A stretch of 64,000 nucleotides of DNA from a virus, in IMG/VR virus record IMGVR_UViG_3300042991_001118, positions 1 to 64,000 of that record. One strand, written 5' to 3'. This document shows, one piece after another, positions 29,475 to 41,037 of this stretch; position 1 is the stretch's first letter; each line of letters opens with the position of its first letter. The translations under genes and the position numbers were made by a program. The notes beneath the pieces are model-generated. The model was not told where the DNA came from. It saw nothing but the letters and a program-made list of their open reading frames with translations, and did not search any database.

Positions 29475-30020
29475 CTATTCCATCTTCCGATACATCGGAT
29501 TTTTTTTGTTCTTGGACAGGGCGTATTCGTTGTAGCCCTCCAAGATTCCTTCTAAAGCCTCACCCCAACGGATGAGCATGTCATAATTTTTCCGAATCTT
29601 CTCTAAGGTCTCAGAGGAAATCGACTTCAACTCCGATGCCTCAATGTCCTTTAATTCTGGACGCTCAGGAATGGAGTATTCCGGAATCCGTTCCGAAATA
29701 TACTTTACCTCTGGTTCACTAGACCCACTTCCTAAATTCAAAGAACACCCAGAATAAAAAATGGAAAGAGAAATCAAAAGAACTATCTTCTTACCACGTG
29801 AATTGAATTTCTTGAAGGACACCCCTCCAGAATCTATAATCTCTACCTTCGTGGGAGATGTCTTTGCCTTCGATACGAAGGCTTTCGCATTCTCCTCTTC
29901 TTCGTGAGAGGAGATAATCGACTCGGTCTCCTTTTCCTTCACGAGAGATACACCAGCACCTGAAAAAACCTTCGCGAAAATCTTTACCATGATTTCTAAA
30001 AACAATGTGAAGTATTTCAT
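29475..30020 (-). CDS. Lipoprotein with an o-spanin-like C-terminal half
   Basis: Internal lipobox LLISLSIFYSGC; IPERPEL and a following helical segment. Confidence 0.5.
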   Translation of the reverse strand: MKYFTLFLEIMVKIFAKVFSGAGVSLVKEKETESIISSHEEEENAKAFVSKAKTSPTKVEIIDSGGVSFKKFNSRGKKIVLLISLSIFYSGCSLNLGSGSSEPEVKYISERIPEYSIPERPELKDIEASELKSISSETLEKIRKNYDMLIRWGEALEGILEGYNEYALSKNKKNPMYRKME

Positions 30021-30572
30021 TTCCCATCACCCTCCACTCTAATTATCTTCATGCCAATCTCGTCTTTGCCATCCGGAATGAATTCAACAAAGAAATCGAA
30101 TGCCTTTGCTAGCAATAATATTGCCTTCTCTTCTCCTAATTCAGACTCCTTAGCCTTTGCCCGAAGGAGTCTGACTGTTATCTTTATGGAATCTCCTATC
30201 CCCTGACAACACTCATCTAGATTCTCATCTGGGATAGAGACAAAATCAACCAAACTCAAATGGATTGGATATTTCTTGACTTCATTTTTTTGATTTTCTG
30301 ACATCACATCCATCCTTTCCCATATCCAATTGGATAAATCTGTCATAATACCCTGGCGGAACAACTTTTAGTGGAGTAGAAATACCCTCCAGTGTGCCAG
30401 CAGATGAATCACCATGCCGAATATGTATGTCTATACCATCCTTAATTTTTTCTTGGATTTTCTTCTGGTAACATTTCTTGCAAAACACATCCAGAGACCG
30501 CGTAACCATCACGTTCTCTCCAGAAATCGGAAATCCACACGTGTAACAAGCCGTTGGGTTATTGTCTGGCAT
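30017..30572 (-). CDS. Two hypothetical proteins (30017-30364; Zn-finger 30282-30572)
   Basis: ORF track; CxxC pairs in the second. Confidence 0.5.
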
Positions 30573-30575
30573 AGC

Positions 30576-31382
30576 CTACTCCCAACTCCGGTCAAAACAC
30601 TTCAGAACCTCAGCATACACATTTTGCGCATCCTCAAAGGAAAAGTCCTTGTCCCTCGGAGTTCCACACGCCCTGGGATGCCCTGAAAATTGTATCCCAC
30701 ACCATATACGGCAAATTTCTGGTCCAGTAAATGGAGAAGAGTACATCGATATAGACTTCCTCTCATCGTTATACAGGACAACAATGTTCGTCCCATCCTG
30801 GTAAGACATCGATGGATCCAGCAACTCCTTCCCTGCACGCCAAAGCCCTATACCAGACTTCTTACAGACTAGACATTTATCTAAATTGTCCTTCAATGTC
30901 TTGAATACACCCTTCCCAATATTGATGATTTCCATGAGAGGCATGTCTAATATCCCCAAGACCATCTCAGTTACATCTACCTCTTCCTTTGAAGACTTCG
31001 GCAAGGACCTGGACAATTCCTTTATACCTAACATGAAATGGTATTCGGGGATATTGAAATTGTCCAGGATGGAAGACCCTGAAACATCAATCTTCTCAAT
31101 TATCGAAGTGATCAAAAGTTCATGGTGCCGCTTCCCCAATAACCTACTCAACCCCAAATGCCCGTCTGCATCATAATGTGTAATCCTGACCTTAACAAAA
31201 GGTATCTTCCATACCGAAATTGGCTGAATGGATAGGTCGTTCCCTGGGCACGGATTCTTAGAATGAATCCCGTGGTGGTCAAAATTTCGCCTGCTGTCAC
31301 ACTCCCCAGCCTCTATAGAATAGCAGTTCTCATTCGCCAAGAAATCCTTTGAAAGGGAATCAGAACATAATAAAATCCTCAT
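30576..31382 (-). CDS. DHH-like phosphoesterase domain protein
   Basis: FDHHG and THYDADG motifs; C-terminal SGH...GTPR. Confidence 0.5.
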   Translation of the reverse strand: MRILLCSDSLSKDFLANENCYSIEAGECDSRRNFDHHGIHSKNPCPGNDLSIQPISVWKIPFVKVRITHYDADGHLGLSRLLGKRHHELLITSIIEKIDVSGSSILDNFNIPEYHFMLGIKELSRSLPKSSKEEVDVTEMVLGILDMPLMEIINIGKGVFKTLKDNLDKCLVCKKSGIGLWRAGKELLDPSMSYQDGTNIVVLYNDERKSISMYSSPFTGPEICRIWCGIQFSGHPRACGTPRDKDFSFEDAQNVYAEVLKCFDRSWE

Positions 31383-31560
31383 GGCTTAATCTCCTTCAAT
31401 TCAAATCCAACTAACCTTGACTTTGCTTTGTGCTCCCTACGATCTCGCTCCAATGCTTCTCTATACCGATGCCTAGCCTTCTGTTCCTTTCGGATGGCTA
31501 GCTTCCTGTGAAATTCCCTTCTCGACTTCTTCTTACTTCTCATCTCCCATTATCCTCCAC

Positions 31561-31601
31561 TTGACAAGCCTGATTTTACATATTATAATCTGTCTTGTCA
31601 A
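31561..31601. promoter_or_regulatory. Overlapping divergent sigma70 promoters
   Basis: + strand TTGACA-17-TATAAT (31561-31589); - strand TTGACA-17-TAAAAT (31601-31573). Confidence 0.7.
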
Positions 31602-31620
31602 GAAAAAAAATAAAAAATTT

Positions 31621-31884
31621 TTATTTTAGCATCCGATGCTTCATGATTTTTATTGCGGTTTCCGTCCGCCCTAAACTCCGGGCTAATTCTGGACTCCTTT
31701 TCTCCTCATCCGACCACCGCCTACGGCGTAATCGCGTTAAAGCCCGGAGCTTTGAAGAAATCGACTTCTCAGTTCTATTCAACTTCTCCGCGATTTCTTT
31801 GTGTAGAAGGCCATGGTCGAAAAGCATCACGAGCACAGATACTTCCTTTTCAGTAAAGTGTCTGGTCATATACAATCTCCACAA
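31621..31884 (-). CDS. Small HTH repeat protein
   Basis: EIAEKLNRTEKSI and ELARSLGRTETAI. Confidence 0.65.
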   Translation of the reverse strand: MWRLYMTRHFTEKEVSVLVMLFDHGLLHKEIAEKLNRTEKSISSKLRALTRLRRRRWSDEEKRSPELARSLGRTETAIKIMKHRMLK

Positions 31885-31889
31885 TGTTC

Positions 31890-32102
31890 TTATCCGTTAC
31901 ACTCGTAGGTGTCAATTCCATTTAATGCCAAGACCGCTAAGGACAAAGTCTGAACTCGATTCCCCAAGACGCGTTCCGATCCAGAACTCTCCCCAGTATT
32001 CAATACAGAAATGTACCTCTCCGACGCATCCAATAATGCAGCGTGTATCCCCTGCTGCACCACCTCAATCCTCTTAACCTCTTCTTTTGTCCTCTTACTC
32101 AT
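31890..32102 (-). CDS. Hypothetical protein
   Basis: AAGGAG RBS. Confidence 0.55.
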   Translation of the reverse strand: MSKRTKEEVKRIEVVQQGIHAALLDASERYISVLNTGESSGSERVLGNRVQTLSLAVLALNGIDTYECNG

Positions 32103-32338
32103 TTGAATATCTCCTTATGCAAAACCTCAAATTGACTCTGGAATAAACTCAAAGAACAAATTAAATATAAAACGAAAATGGAAATGTAGTCAAAACTGTA
32201 GTCAACCCCAGAACCAATATCATGAGAAAATATAGAAATACCCAACTTGCTAGTTGGCAAAAATATTCTTGACTATGCAAAATAACTTATTATACTCCTA
32301 ATAATAAATCTAATATCAATAAAAATTAGGAGTTATAC

Positions 32339-33166
32339 ATGAAAAAAGATCAAGAAACAACTATCATCACAATTTACATAATCATTGACGCTCTTTGTGA
32401 AAATTTATTACGCCATCCAGCACAAAAACAGAAATTAACGGATGCTGAAATAATAACGATAGCAATATGTTCTGCCATTTTCTTCAACAGCAATCATGAC
32501 AAAGCTCTTTCCTGGCTGCGCATAGCTGGCTATTTCCCTGAGATGCTTAGTTTATCCAGGTTCAATCGAAGGATACATCGTCTAAAAGAGTTTATCAAAT
32601 TCTGTTTCGAGAGCGTCAGCGAGTTGTTTCTTACGAAAAAATTATACATCGCCGATTCTATGCCTTTGCCTGTATGCAAAAGAGTGCGGGCTTGTCGAAA
32701 TAAAAAAGTCCGAGGCAGAGAATACTATGGCTGCTGTGTTGCAAAAAATGAAAAATTCTTTGGATTCCGGCTGCATCTCATTGTGGATACCCAAGGAATT
32801 CCTGCATCTGTCGCCATTATGCCTGGAGCATACCACGATATCACTCCTGTGTATGAAGTTACGTCGCCGTTGCCGGAACAATCGACTGTCATGGGAGATA
32901 AAGCATACAACTGTAAAAATGTCGAAGATGCTTTGAAAGAATTCGGCACCACACTGATGCCCAAACGTCGTAAAAATATGAAAATGCAGTGGTCTTTGTT
33001 CGAGCAATATTTTATCATAGGTCAACACAGAAGGCAAATAGAAACATCGTTTAGCATTCTCTCCGACACTATGGGACTCAATCATATCAAAACTACGACA
33101 CTAAAAGGCTTTATGATTAAAACCTACGCTGCCGTGCTCGCTATGATTTTCTATATCGTTTTCTAA
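32339..33166 (+). CDS. IS982-family DDE transposase
   Basis: LTDAEII, SRFNRR, DSMP.PVC, FFGFRLH, HD, GDKAY, RRQIETSFS. Confidence 0.9.
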   Translation: MKKDQETTIITIYIIIDALCENLLRHPAQKQKLTDAEIITIAICSAIFFNSNHDKALSWLRIAGYFPEMLSLSRFNRRIHRLKEFIKFCFESVSELFLTKKLYIADSMPLPVCKRVRACRNKKVRGREYYGCCVAKNEKFFGFRLHLIVDTQGIPASVAIMPGAYHDITPVYEVTSPLPEQSTVMGDKAYNCKNVEDALKEFGTTLMPKRRKNMKMQWSLFEQYFIIGQHRRQIETSFSILSDTMGLNHIKTTTLKGFMIKTYAAVLAMIFYIVF

Positions 33167-33173
33167 AATCATC

Positions 33174-34646
33174 TTACAAACAAACCATACCTGCATTTTG
33201 CAACACGAGGCTGCACTCTTTAGATGGGACATAATCTTTTTGCATCGCAAAACCGACCCGCATGCCCATTTCTCCGTATCCTTTGATTACACAATATGTT
33301 CCCTTATATCGAACCACATCTCCTTTTCTCAGTTCGTCGTATCCGCTTCGTATGACTTTCTTTCCAGGCAGCACACGCAAACGTGCCAGAATTTGTTTGC
33401 CTTTTTTAGCGACTAGCTCTGTCAGGCTGTCAGACTTTTGTCCCGTTCTTTTGTTGCGATTTTTAGCCACGATTTTTGTGCCATCTTTATAGTTTCTCTC
33501 CCTTGTGGCATGGATAAGCTGGCGATGGTGCCTTCGGAACTGTTTGTATTCATATACGATAAGGTCGCTAGATTTTATCGAGCCTATTTTATCTTCGTCA
33601 GAAAAGGAGACCAGATATGCGTCTATGCAATGGCTTTTGGGAAGTCCCAGATTTTGCCGTTTTTCTTTGGTCTCGTATCCATAAGTTAGACAAACAGTTG
33701 AAACAATTTGCATCAACCATTCATAAAATAAAGGCATGATTGTGTTTAGAATCGTCGTATGAACATACTTCTTACACATGCCTGCAAATACAGCCTTGAC
33801 CTGGGCATCTACTTTCTCATGGCGATGCACTTTCTCATGGCATTTTGCGCAAAGGGTGATCAGATTTTCCGGATTGTCCCCGCCTTTCTGGCTTGCCCAT
33901 ATTACATGGTGTACGTGCAAATTCCCTTTTGTGTTACCACACAACTGGCACGTATGCTTGTCTCGGCAAAGCACGTATTCCTGGCTGTTGGCGTACCCTT
34001 TTTTTCTGCCGTTTTGGTACTGCACGCCTTGAACGGAGGGATTGTCAAGTTTGTGGATGTCGAATTTGCCATATTCCAGATGCACATGCGCTATAGGCAA
34101 TATTTTAGCTGCTTTGTCACTGAATCTTTTGTGCGTTTCCAACAAATGGCTGGCCGTAGGCGTGAGCCAACCTCTGTTTCGGCGGCGATTATGAAAGCGG
34201 ATCGGCTTAGGTTTTATCCCTTTGCAAAGCAAATTTTCGGCGGTATTCGATATTTTGTATCTCTTTTCACCAAAGTATGTTTGCGCTTTTTTCGCCCTGC
34301 GTTTTCTAACCAAACGACGATGCCTCCTTCTGCTTTGCCTGTGCATCCTGCGTTCGGCCATATTTTCGGACACTTCCTTGCTTCTAGCTTCCACATGTGC
34401 CGCAAATACTACTTCTCCATTCTCTTTTCTCACGACTAGCGCGATATCTTTTCCGCCTGGGTCAATTCCCATAATCAAAGGTTGAGTGTAGGATGTAGTA
34501 TCATATAAAAGTTGTATCGTGAATGGTTTACGACGTATTACTTTTGCAAGGCCGGCTTTTAGCAACTTTTTCACTTTGCCAAATCTTTTCGTCGGCATGA
34601 GTGGCTGGCCATTTTCCGATACGACATAAACGTAATTATTTTCCAT
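33174..34646 (-). CDS. iscB: IscB RNA-guided endonuclease (490 aa)
   Basis: PLMP, RuvC-I GIDPG, Arg-rich bridge helix, RuvC-II E, HNH (HHV...GG...NLITLC..CH), RuvC-III H..DA. Confidence 0.92.
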   Translation of the reverse strand: MENNYVYVVSENGQPLMPTKRFGKVKKLLKAGLAKVIRRKPFTIQLLYDTTSYTQPLIMGIDPGGKDIALVVRKENGEVVFAAHVEARSKEVSENMAERRMHRQSRRRHRRLVRKRRAKKAQTYFGEKRYKISNTAENLLCKGIKPKPIRFHNRRRNRGWLTPTASHLLETHKRFSDKAAKILPIAHVHLEYGKFDIHKLDNPSVQGVQYQNGRKKGYANSQEYVLCRDKHTCQLCGNTKGNLHVHHVIWASQKGGDNPENLITLCAKCHEKVHRHEKVDAQVKAVFAGMCKKYVHTTILNTIMPLFYEWLMQIVSTVCLTYGYETKEKRQNLGLPKSHCIDAYLVSFSDEDKIGSIKSSDLIVYEYKQFRRHHRQLIHATRERNYKDGTKIVAKNRNKRTGQKSDSLTELVAKKGKQILARLRVLPGKKVIRSGYDELRKGDVVRYKGTYCVIKGYGEMGMRVGFAMQKDYVPSKECSLVLQNAGMVCL

Positions 34647-34659
34647 ATTTTGCTCATTT

Positions 34660-34830
34660 ATAAAAAATTCCGAAGAATAATTCCACACGAAGGTGGTCGG
34701 TCTCCCTGAACTGGGTGCAGGATTGGCATAGAGCCTGGGATTGGGAAGTTCATCCCAGGGTACTACCTGCATCCGTGTGTCACGTCCCTACTCAACTAGC
34801 AAGCAGGGTAACCCTGATAACTACAGCGTT
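34660..34830 (-). ncRNA. omegaRNA scaffold with putative 5' guide
   Basis: tagttgagtag...taccctgggatg...cccaatcccaggctct...gggagac upstream of iscB, resembling omegaRNA scaffolds; boundaries approximate. Confidence 0.65.
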
Positions 34831-34933
34831 CAATCCTAAAAACTTCGTGATACAGACGAAAACTAAAGCAAAATTCAATAAAGTCTGCACCAGGGCGAAT
34901 CTCGATAAAAGCTCCTTTGCTTTTCCCTTGTCA

Positions 34934-35137
34934 TTATTCTTCTGCTGCTGTTCCATTCTTGTCCTCACTTATGTTTTTCCTTATCGGCCTACCAGTCCTG
35001 ACTACCTCATGAGGCATTTTATACCTGTCCTCTAAGGCCCTCCGAATTATCGTAACAACAGGGGACCCAGTCGCAAACATCTCCTCTTCGATTTTCTCGA
35101 AAATATTGTCCGGAATCCTTACAACCGTGTTTTTCAT
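34934..35137 (-). CDS. Ribbon-helix-helix-like regulator
   Basis: TVVRIPD...IIRRALE. Confidence 0.6.
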   Translation of the reverse strand: MKNTVVRIPDNIFEKIEEEMFATGSPVVTIIRRALEDRYKMPHEVVRTGRPIRKNISEDKNGTAAEE

Positions 35138-35321
35138 CTTTTTTTATTCCCCTTCTTTTATTATTTTCTTAATATAAACAATTTTAAATAATAAAACATA
35201 AAGATATTTATTTGTCAAGAAGAAAATAAAATATTTTATGCTTTATTATTTAAAATTTTTATGTTATAATATTCTATGCAATCTTATATGGCTTTGTTTA
35301 ATTTTATGTTAGGAGATAATA

Positions 35322-36098
35322 ATGGATAATAATATCTTAATGAAGATAGAGGAAAAATTGCTTGGTGGAGAGTTGGTTCGGACCGCAAATGCAAGAGAAC
35401 TTCATGAGAAATTGCAGGTGTCTACGTATTTCACTACGTGGATACAAAGAAGATTGTGTGAGGCTCAAGCGATTGAAGGACAAGACTTTATAAGCCTTTC
35501 AAATTTGGAAGCCTCTGGGCAGACTAGTAAAATGATATATGTCTCTGCAAATATGTGCCAGCACATCGCGATGTTGGAGCGAACCGAAATTGGTAGGAAG
35601 GTGCGCCAGTACTTTATCGATGTCGAGAAAAAAGTAAAGGATATCGTATTGGAACAGACCCTCAAGGAAAAGGCCATGAGGGACTTTAAAGTGTACAAAG
35701 AATTAGGCGAGATTGTACAATTGCCTACGTCCACGATTATTTCGGAAGCATCAAAACTCGTGGACAGAACCTACGGCACAAACTTCGTCGAGTTTATTTC
35801 TAAGTCCCCACTCCTCGATAACGTGAAAGAATCAGACGAATACCTGGAACCCACAGAACTCGGAAAAATTCTGGGGATATCTGCAATCTCCTTAAATAAA
35901 AACCTGGAATCGCTCGGACTTCAAGATAAAACCGGAAATTCCTGGACTCCTACAGCAATTGGGAAAAAATTCTGCTTTGTACACCAGTGGTCCACTAGGG
36001 CAAAATCTGGTTACAACTTGAAATGGAATGTCAGGGAAATCTCTAATCTCCTTTTGAACAGAAATCCAACCCCACGTGTGGTTGGTGATGGCGGATAA
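35322..36098 (+). CDS. AntA/AntB-type phage antirepressor
   Basis: NARELHEKL...WIQRR...HIAMLER...VRQYFI..EK; KilAC-like C-terminus. Confidence 0.85.
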   Translation: MDNNILMKIEEKLLGGELVRTANARELHEKLQVSTYFTTWIQRRLCEAQAIEGQDFISLSNLEASGQTSKMIYVSANMCQHIAMLERTEIGRKVRQYFIDVEKKVKDIVLEQTLKEKAMRDFKVYKELGEIVQLPTSTIISEASKLVDRTYGTNFVEFISKSPLLDNVKESDEYLEPTELGKILGISAISLNKNLESLGLQDKTGNSWTPTAIGKKFCFVHQWSTRAKSGYNLKWNVREISNLLLNRNPTPRVVGDGG

Positions 36099-36359
36099 TC
36101 GATAAAAGACGAGGGGTTTGCAGTCTGGGATAATTGAATTCCAAAATTCAATTTCAAAAATCAGAAAAAAGTTCTGGGGTGTAGCGACCCCCTCCACATC
36201 TTTTCCATCCGCCGTAAACCCTTCGGACACCCCTCTAAGCCAACCCCTGCCTAAGCCCCTGAGTGCCGCAAAGAGGGGACAAAAAAGACCCAACAAGACC
36301 AAAAGGAGACAAGGGGACACCTTTCACCACACTCGTACACTTCAATAGAAGCCAGTGGC

Positions 36360-38965
<2,606 letters not shown>

Positions 38966-39052
38966 AGATGTGCTAGGATATGGTGATTCGAGGTGCATGT
39001 GGATTAGAACCATTGGGGTTATTGGGATACAGGGGTATGTGGTTAGAATTCA

Positions 39053-39389
39053 TCCCCAAACCTTGTTATATTGGATGTTGTGTTGCAACCCGAATATGGA
39101 GTCAAAAGCCCAAGAGTGATAGGAAAAAGTCTCAACCCTTGTTATATTGGATGCTGGGTTGCAACAAAGAGACACAAGGAACATTGTTTGACCTATACTA
39201 TACGTCTCAAACCTTGTTATATTGGATGCTGGGTTTCAACATACATAAGGACACTGACGTTCACAGAGGAATTCATGTCTCAAACCTTGTTATATTGGAT
39301 GCTGGGTTGCAACTGACCACATAGAGAAAAAGATTGAAAAGGAGCTAGAATGGTCTCAAACCTTGTTATATTGGATGTTGTGTTGCAAC
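39053..39389 (-). CRISPR. Orphan CRISPR mini-array: 5 repeats of 37 bp, 4 spacers (36-39 bp)
   Basis: Repeat GTTGCAACCCAGCATCCAATATAACAAGGTTTGAGAC (minus strand) at 39053, 39129, 39204, 39277, 39353; the leftmost copy is degenerate. Confidence 0.92.
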
Positions 39390-39451
39390 CCCTAGTTCCA
39401 ATCTATCTCACATTTTATGATGCTTAATTGATAAAAGGAACTTCATCTTAA

Positions 39452-40592
39452 TTATATCTTTTTGGAATAAGAAGTCAAGAGAATTTTCCCCCTTAAGAAT
39501 CGGGATTCCATCCGCCTTTGACATTCTTCTCTGAGGTGTTCCCCTACCTTTTCCTCCTGCTTTAGCATGGCGAATTCGTCATTAGGGTTATGGGACTTCC
39601 TCTCTTTTTCCTGGAGGAATACGACTTCATGTTCCCAGAGGAACGCGAGGTTGATATGCTTTGACCCACAAAATGGACACGCAACGCGCGTTGCGTCCAA
39701 GATTTTTCTGTCTCTATCAAGAATTCCCTCAACAAAGGGTTTCCCACAGCGATAACAAAGAAAATTTGCCACATTACTCTCCTTTTTTGTGTTGAGGCTG
39801 CCCCGTCGTTGAGGACACCCAACAGTTTTTAATCCAGTTGAACTCCCAATCTCCTTGGGATTCGCCGCAGCATTTACACGGATTTTCTCCACAAAATTCA
39901 CATTTCATCTTTATCACGCCCTTTCATTTTCCGCTAATCTTGACGTTCAGTCCTGCTTTCAGCATCCCCTTATTGATTCCCTTTAAAGCCTCCGCAACGA
40001 CCTCGAAAGGGATTTCCGTCTTCCCAGGATCCCCCATGAATTTACCAAGGAGTACATGGAGTTCCTCCACAACGGTATATGGCACGACAACTTCTTTCAT
40101 GTTTTTTTTCGTCATATATGTTCCTTCTATTTTCTATCTGCTGATGTGGTGGTGTATGGCTGATTCATTTTTTTTATTTGGACAGGGAATCCAAGCCATT
40201 TCCCGGATGATCGAAGAAATTCCCAGTTTGCATCACGGGGATTCCCTGCAAAAACGATTATCTGCTCTGCATCTCCGGTATCCAGAATACAGATTGATCT
40301 GAATTCTGGTATGGCTATAGCTCTTTTTAAAAGATCCTTTGCGGCGGTTTCCAATTCTGCTCTTGACATCGGAATTCCCTCCTTAACATTCGCCTGTCTT
40401 TTCCTTATCCTGTTTGGGCTTGGACTTGCAGGATATTGACATATGCAACATGGTTTTTGCTTCACTAAAGCCTTTGTAGTAACAGGCTTTGCAATAAACA
40501 GAATACCATGGCGTGAACATAGCATTGTTTCCTATTATTTCTTTCCCGCACTTTTTACACTTTGTTGCTTTTGACATCAGTATTCCTTTCAT
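39452..40592 (-). CDS. Four small hypothetical proteins, two with Zn-ribbons (39452-39901, 39924-40115, 40127-~40369, 40383-40592)
   Basis: ORF track, RBS-like motifs, CxxC pairs. Confidence 0.55.
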
Positions 40593-40625
40593 CGTATAAT
40601 CCCAAAGGCTTTCAGGAATTCCCTT

Positions 40626-41006
40626 TCAGCCTCTGCATCCACACCTTTTTTGTCGATATACCATAGTTTGAATTTTCCCGTAGATAGAATTAGCATACTG
40701 TGGTTCTGTTTCTTCTACCATTCCAGAATTAAAGCATACTGGACATATATTGGCCTCGACCAATAATTGACCAGCCCTACAATCACAAAAGGTGCCATGT
40801 ACTATCCCTTTGCAATAGCACTTTGGACACGATTCCAATTTTCCCCCACGCATCTGATATTCCGAGATGATTTCATATGGCTGTATTAGCCTTTCTTCCC
40901 GTATGAACTTGGCTATTGTTGCTCCGTTCAATTTGTCCTGTTCCGTCCTGGTGGAAGCAGATTCTTCAGAGCTTTCATCAAAAATTTCATCGGATTTTTG
41001 CCTCAT
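40626..41006 (-). CDS. Cys-rich Zn-binding protein next to the primase
   Basis: CPKC...CDC...CPVC...CGC; probable start MRQKS. Confidence 0.55.
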   Translation of the reverse strand: MRQKSDEIFDESSEESASTRTEQDKLNGATIAKFIREERLIQPYEIISEYQMRGGKLESCPKCYCKGIVHGTFCDCRAGQLLVEANICPVCFNSGMVEETEPQYANSIYGKIQTMVYRQKRCGCRG

Positions 41007-41037
41007 ATCCAATCCTTTCACGTTTTTTTCCTGATCG

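Larger units (their letters stand above)
32240..34809. mobile_element. IS982-family element carrying IscB and omegaRNA
   Basis: IRL ACCCAACTTGCTAGTTGG (32240-32257) and IRR ACCCTGCTTGCTAGTTGA (34809-34792), 15/18 identical; no target-site duplication seen. Confidence 0.75.

Noticed and set aside
34647-34772. 42-aa N-terminal extension of IscB in the ORF track
   Set aside because: It overlaps the omegaRNA; the PLMP domain indicates a start at MENNY (34646)
32185-34826. Outer CTGTAGT/ACTACAG inverted match flanking the IS
   Set aside because: Too short to define a second element
38980-39324. ORFs with repeated LLYWMLG/PCYIGC
   Set aside because: They are translations of the CRISPR repeats
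39314-39352. CRISPR spacer shares TGACCACATAG with 12662-12672
   Set aside because: Only 11 contiguous matches; the rest does not align colinearly, so it is probably chance
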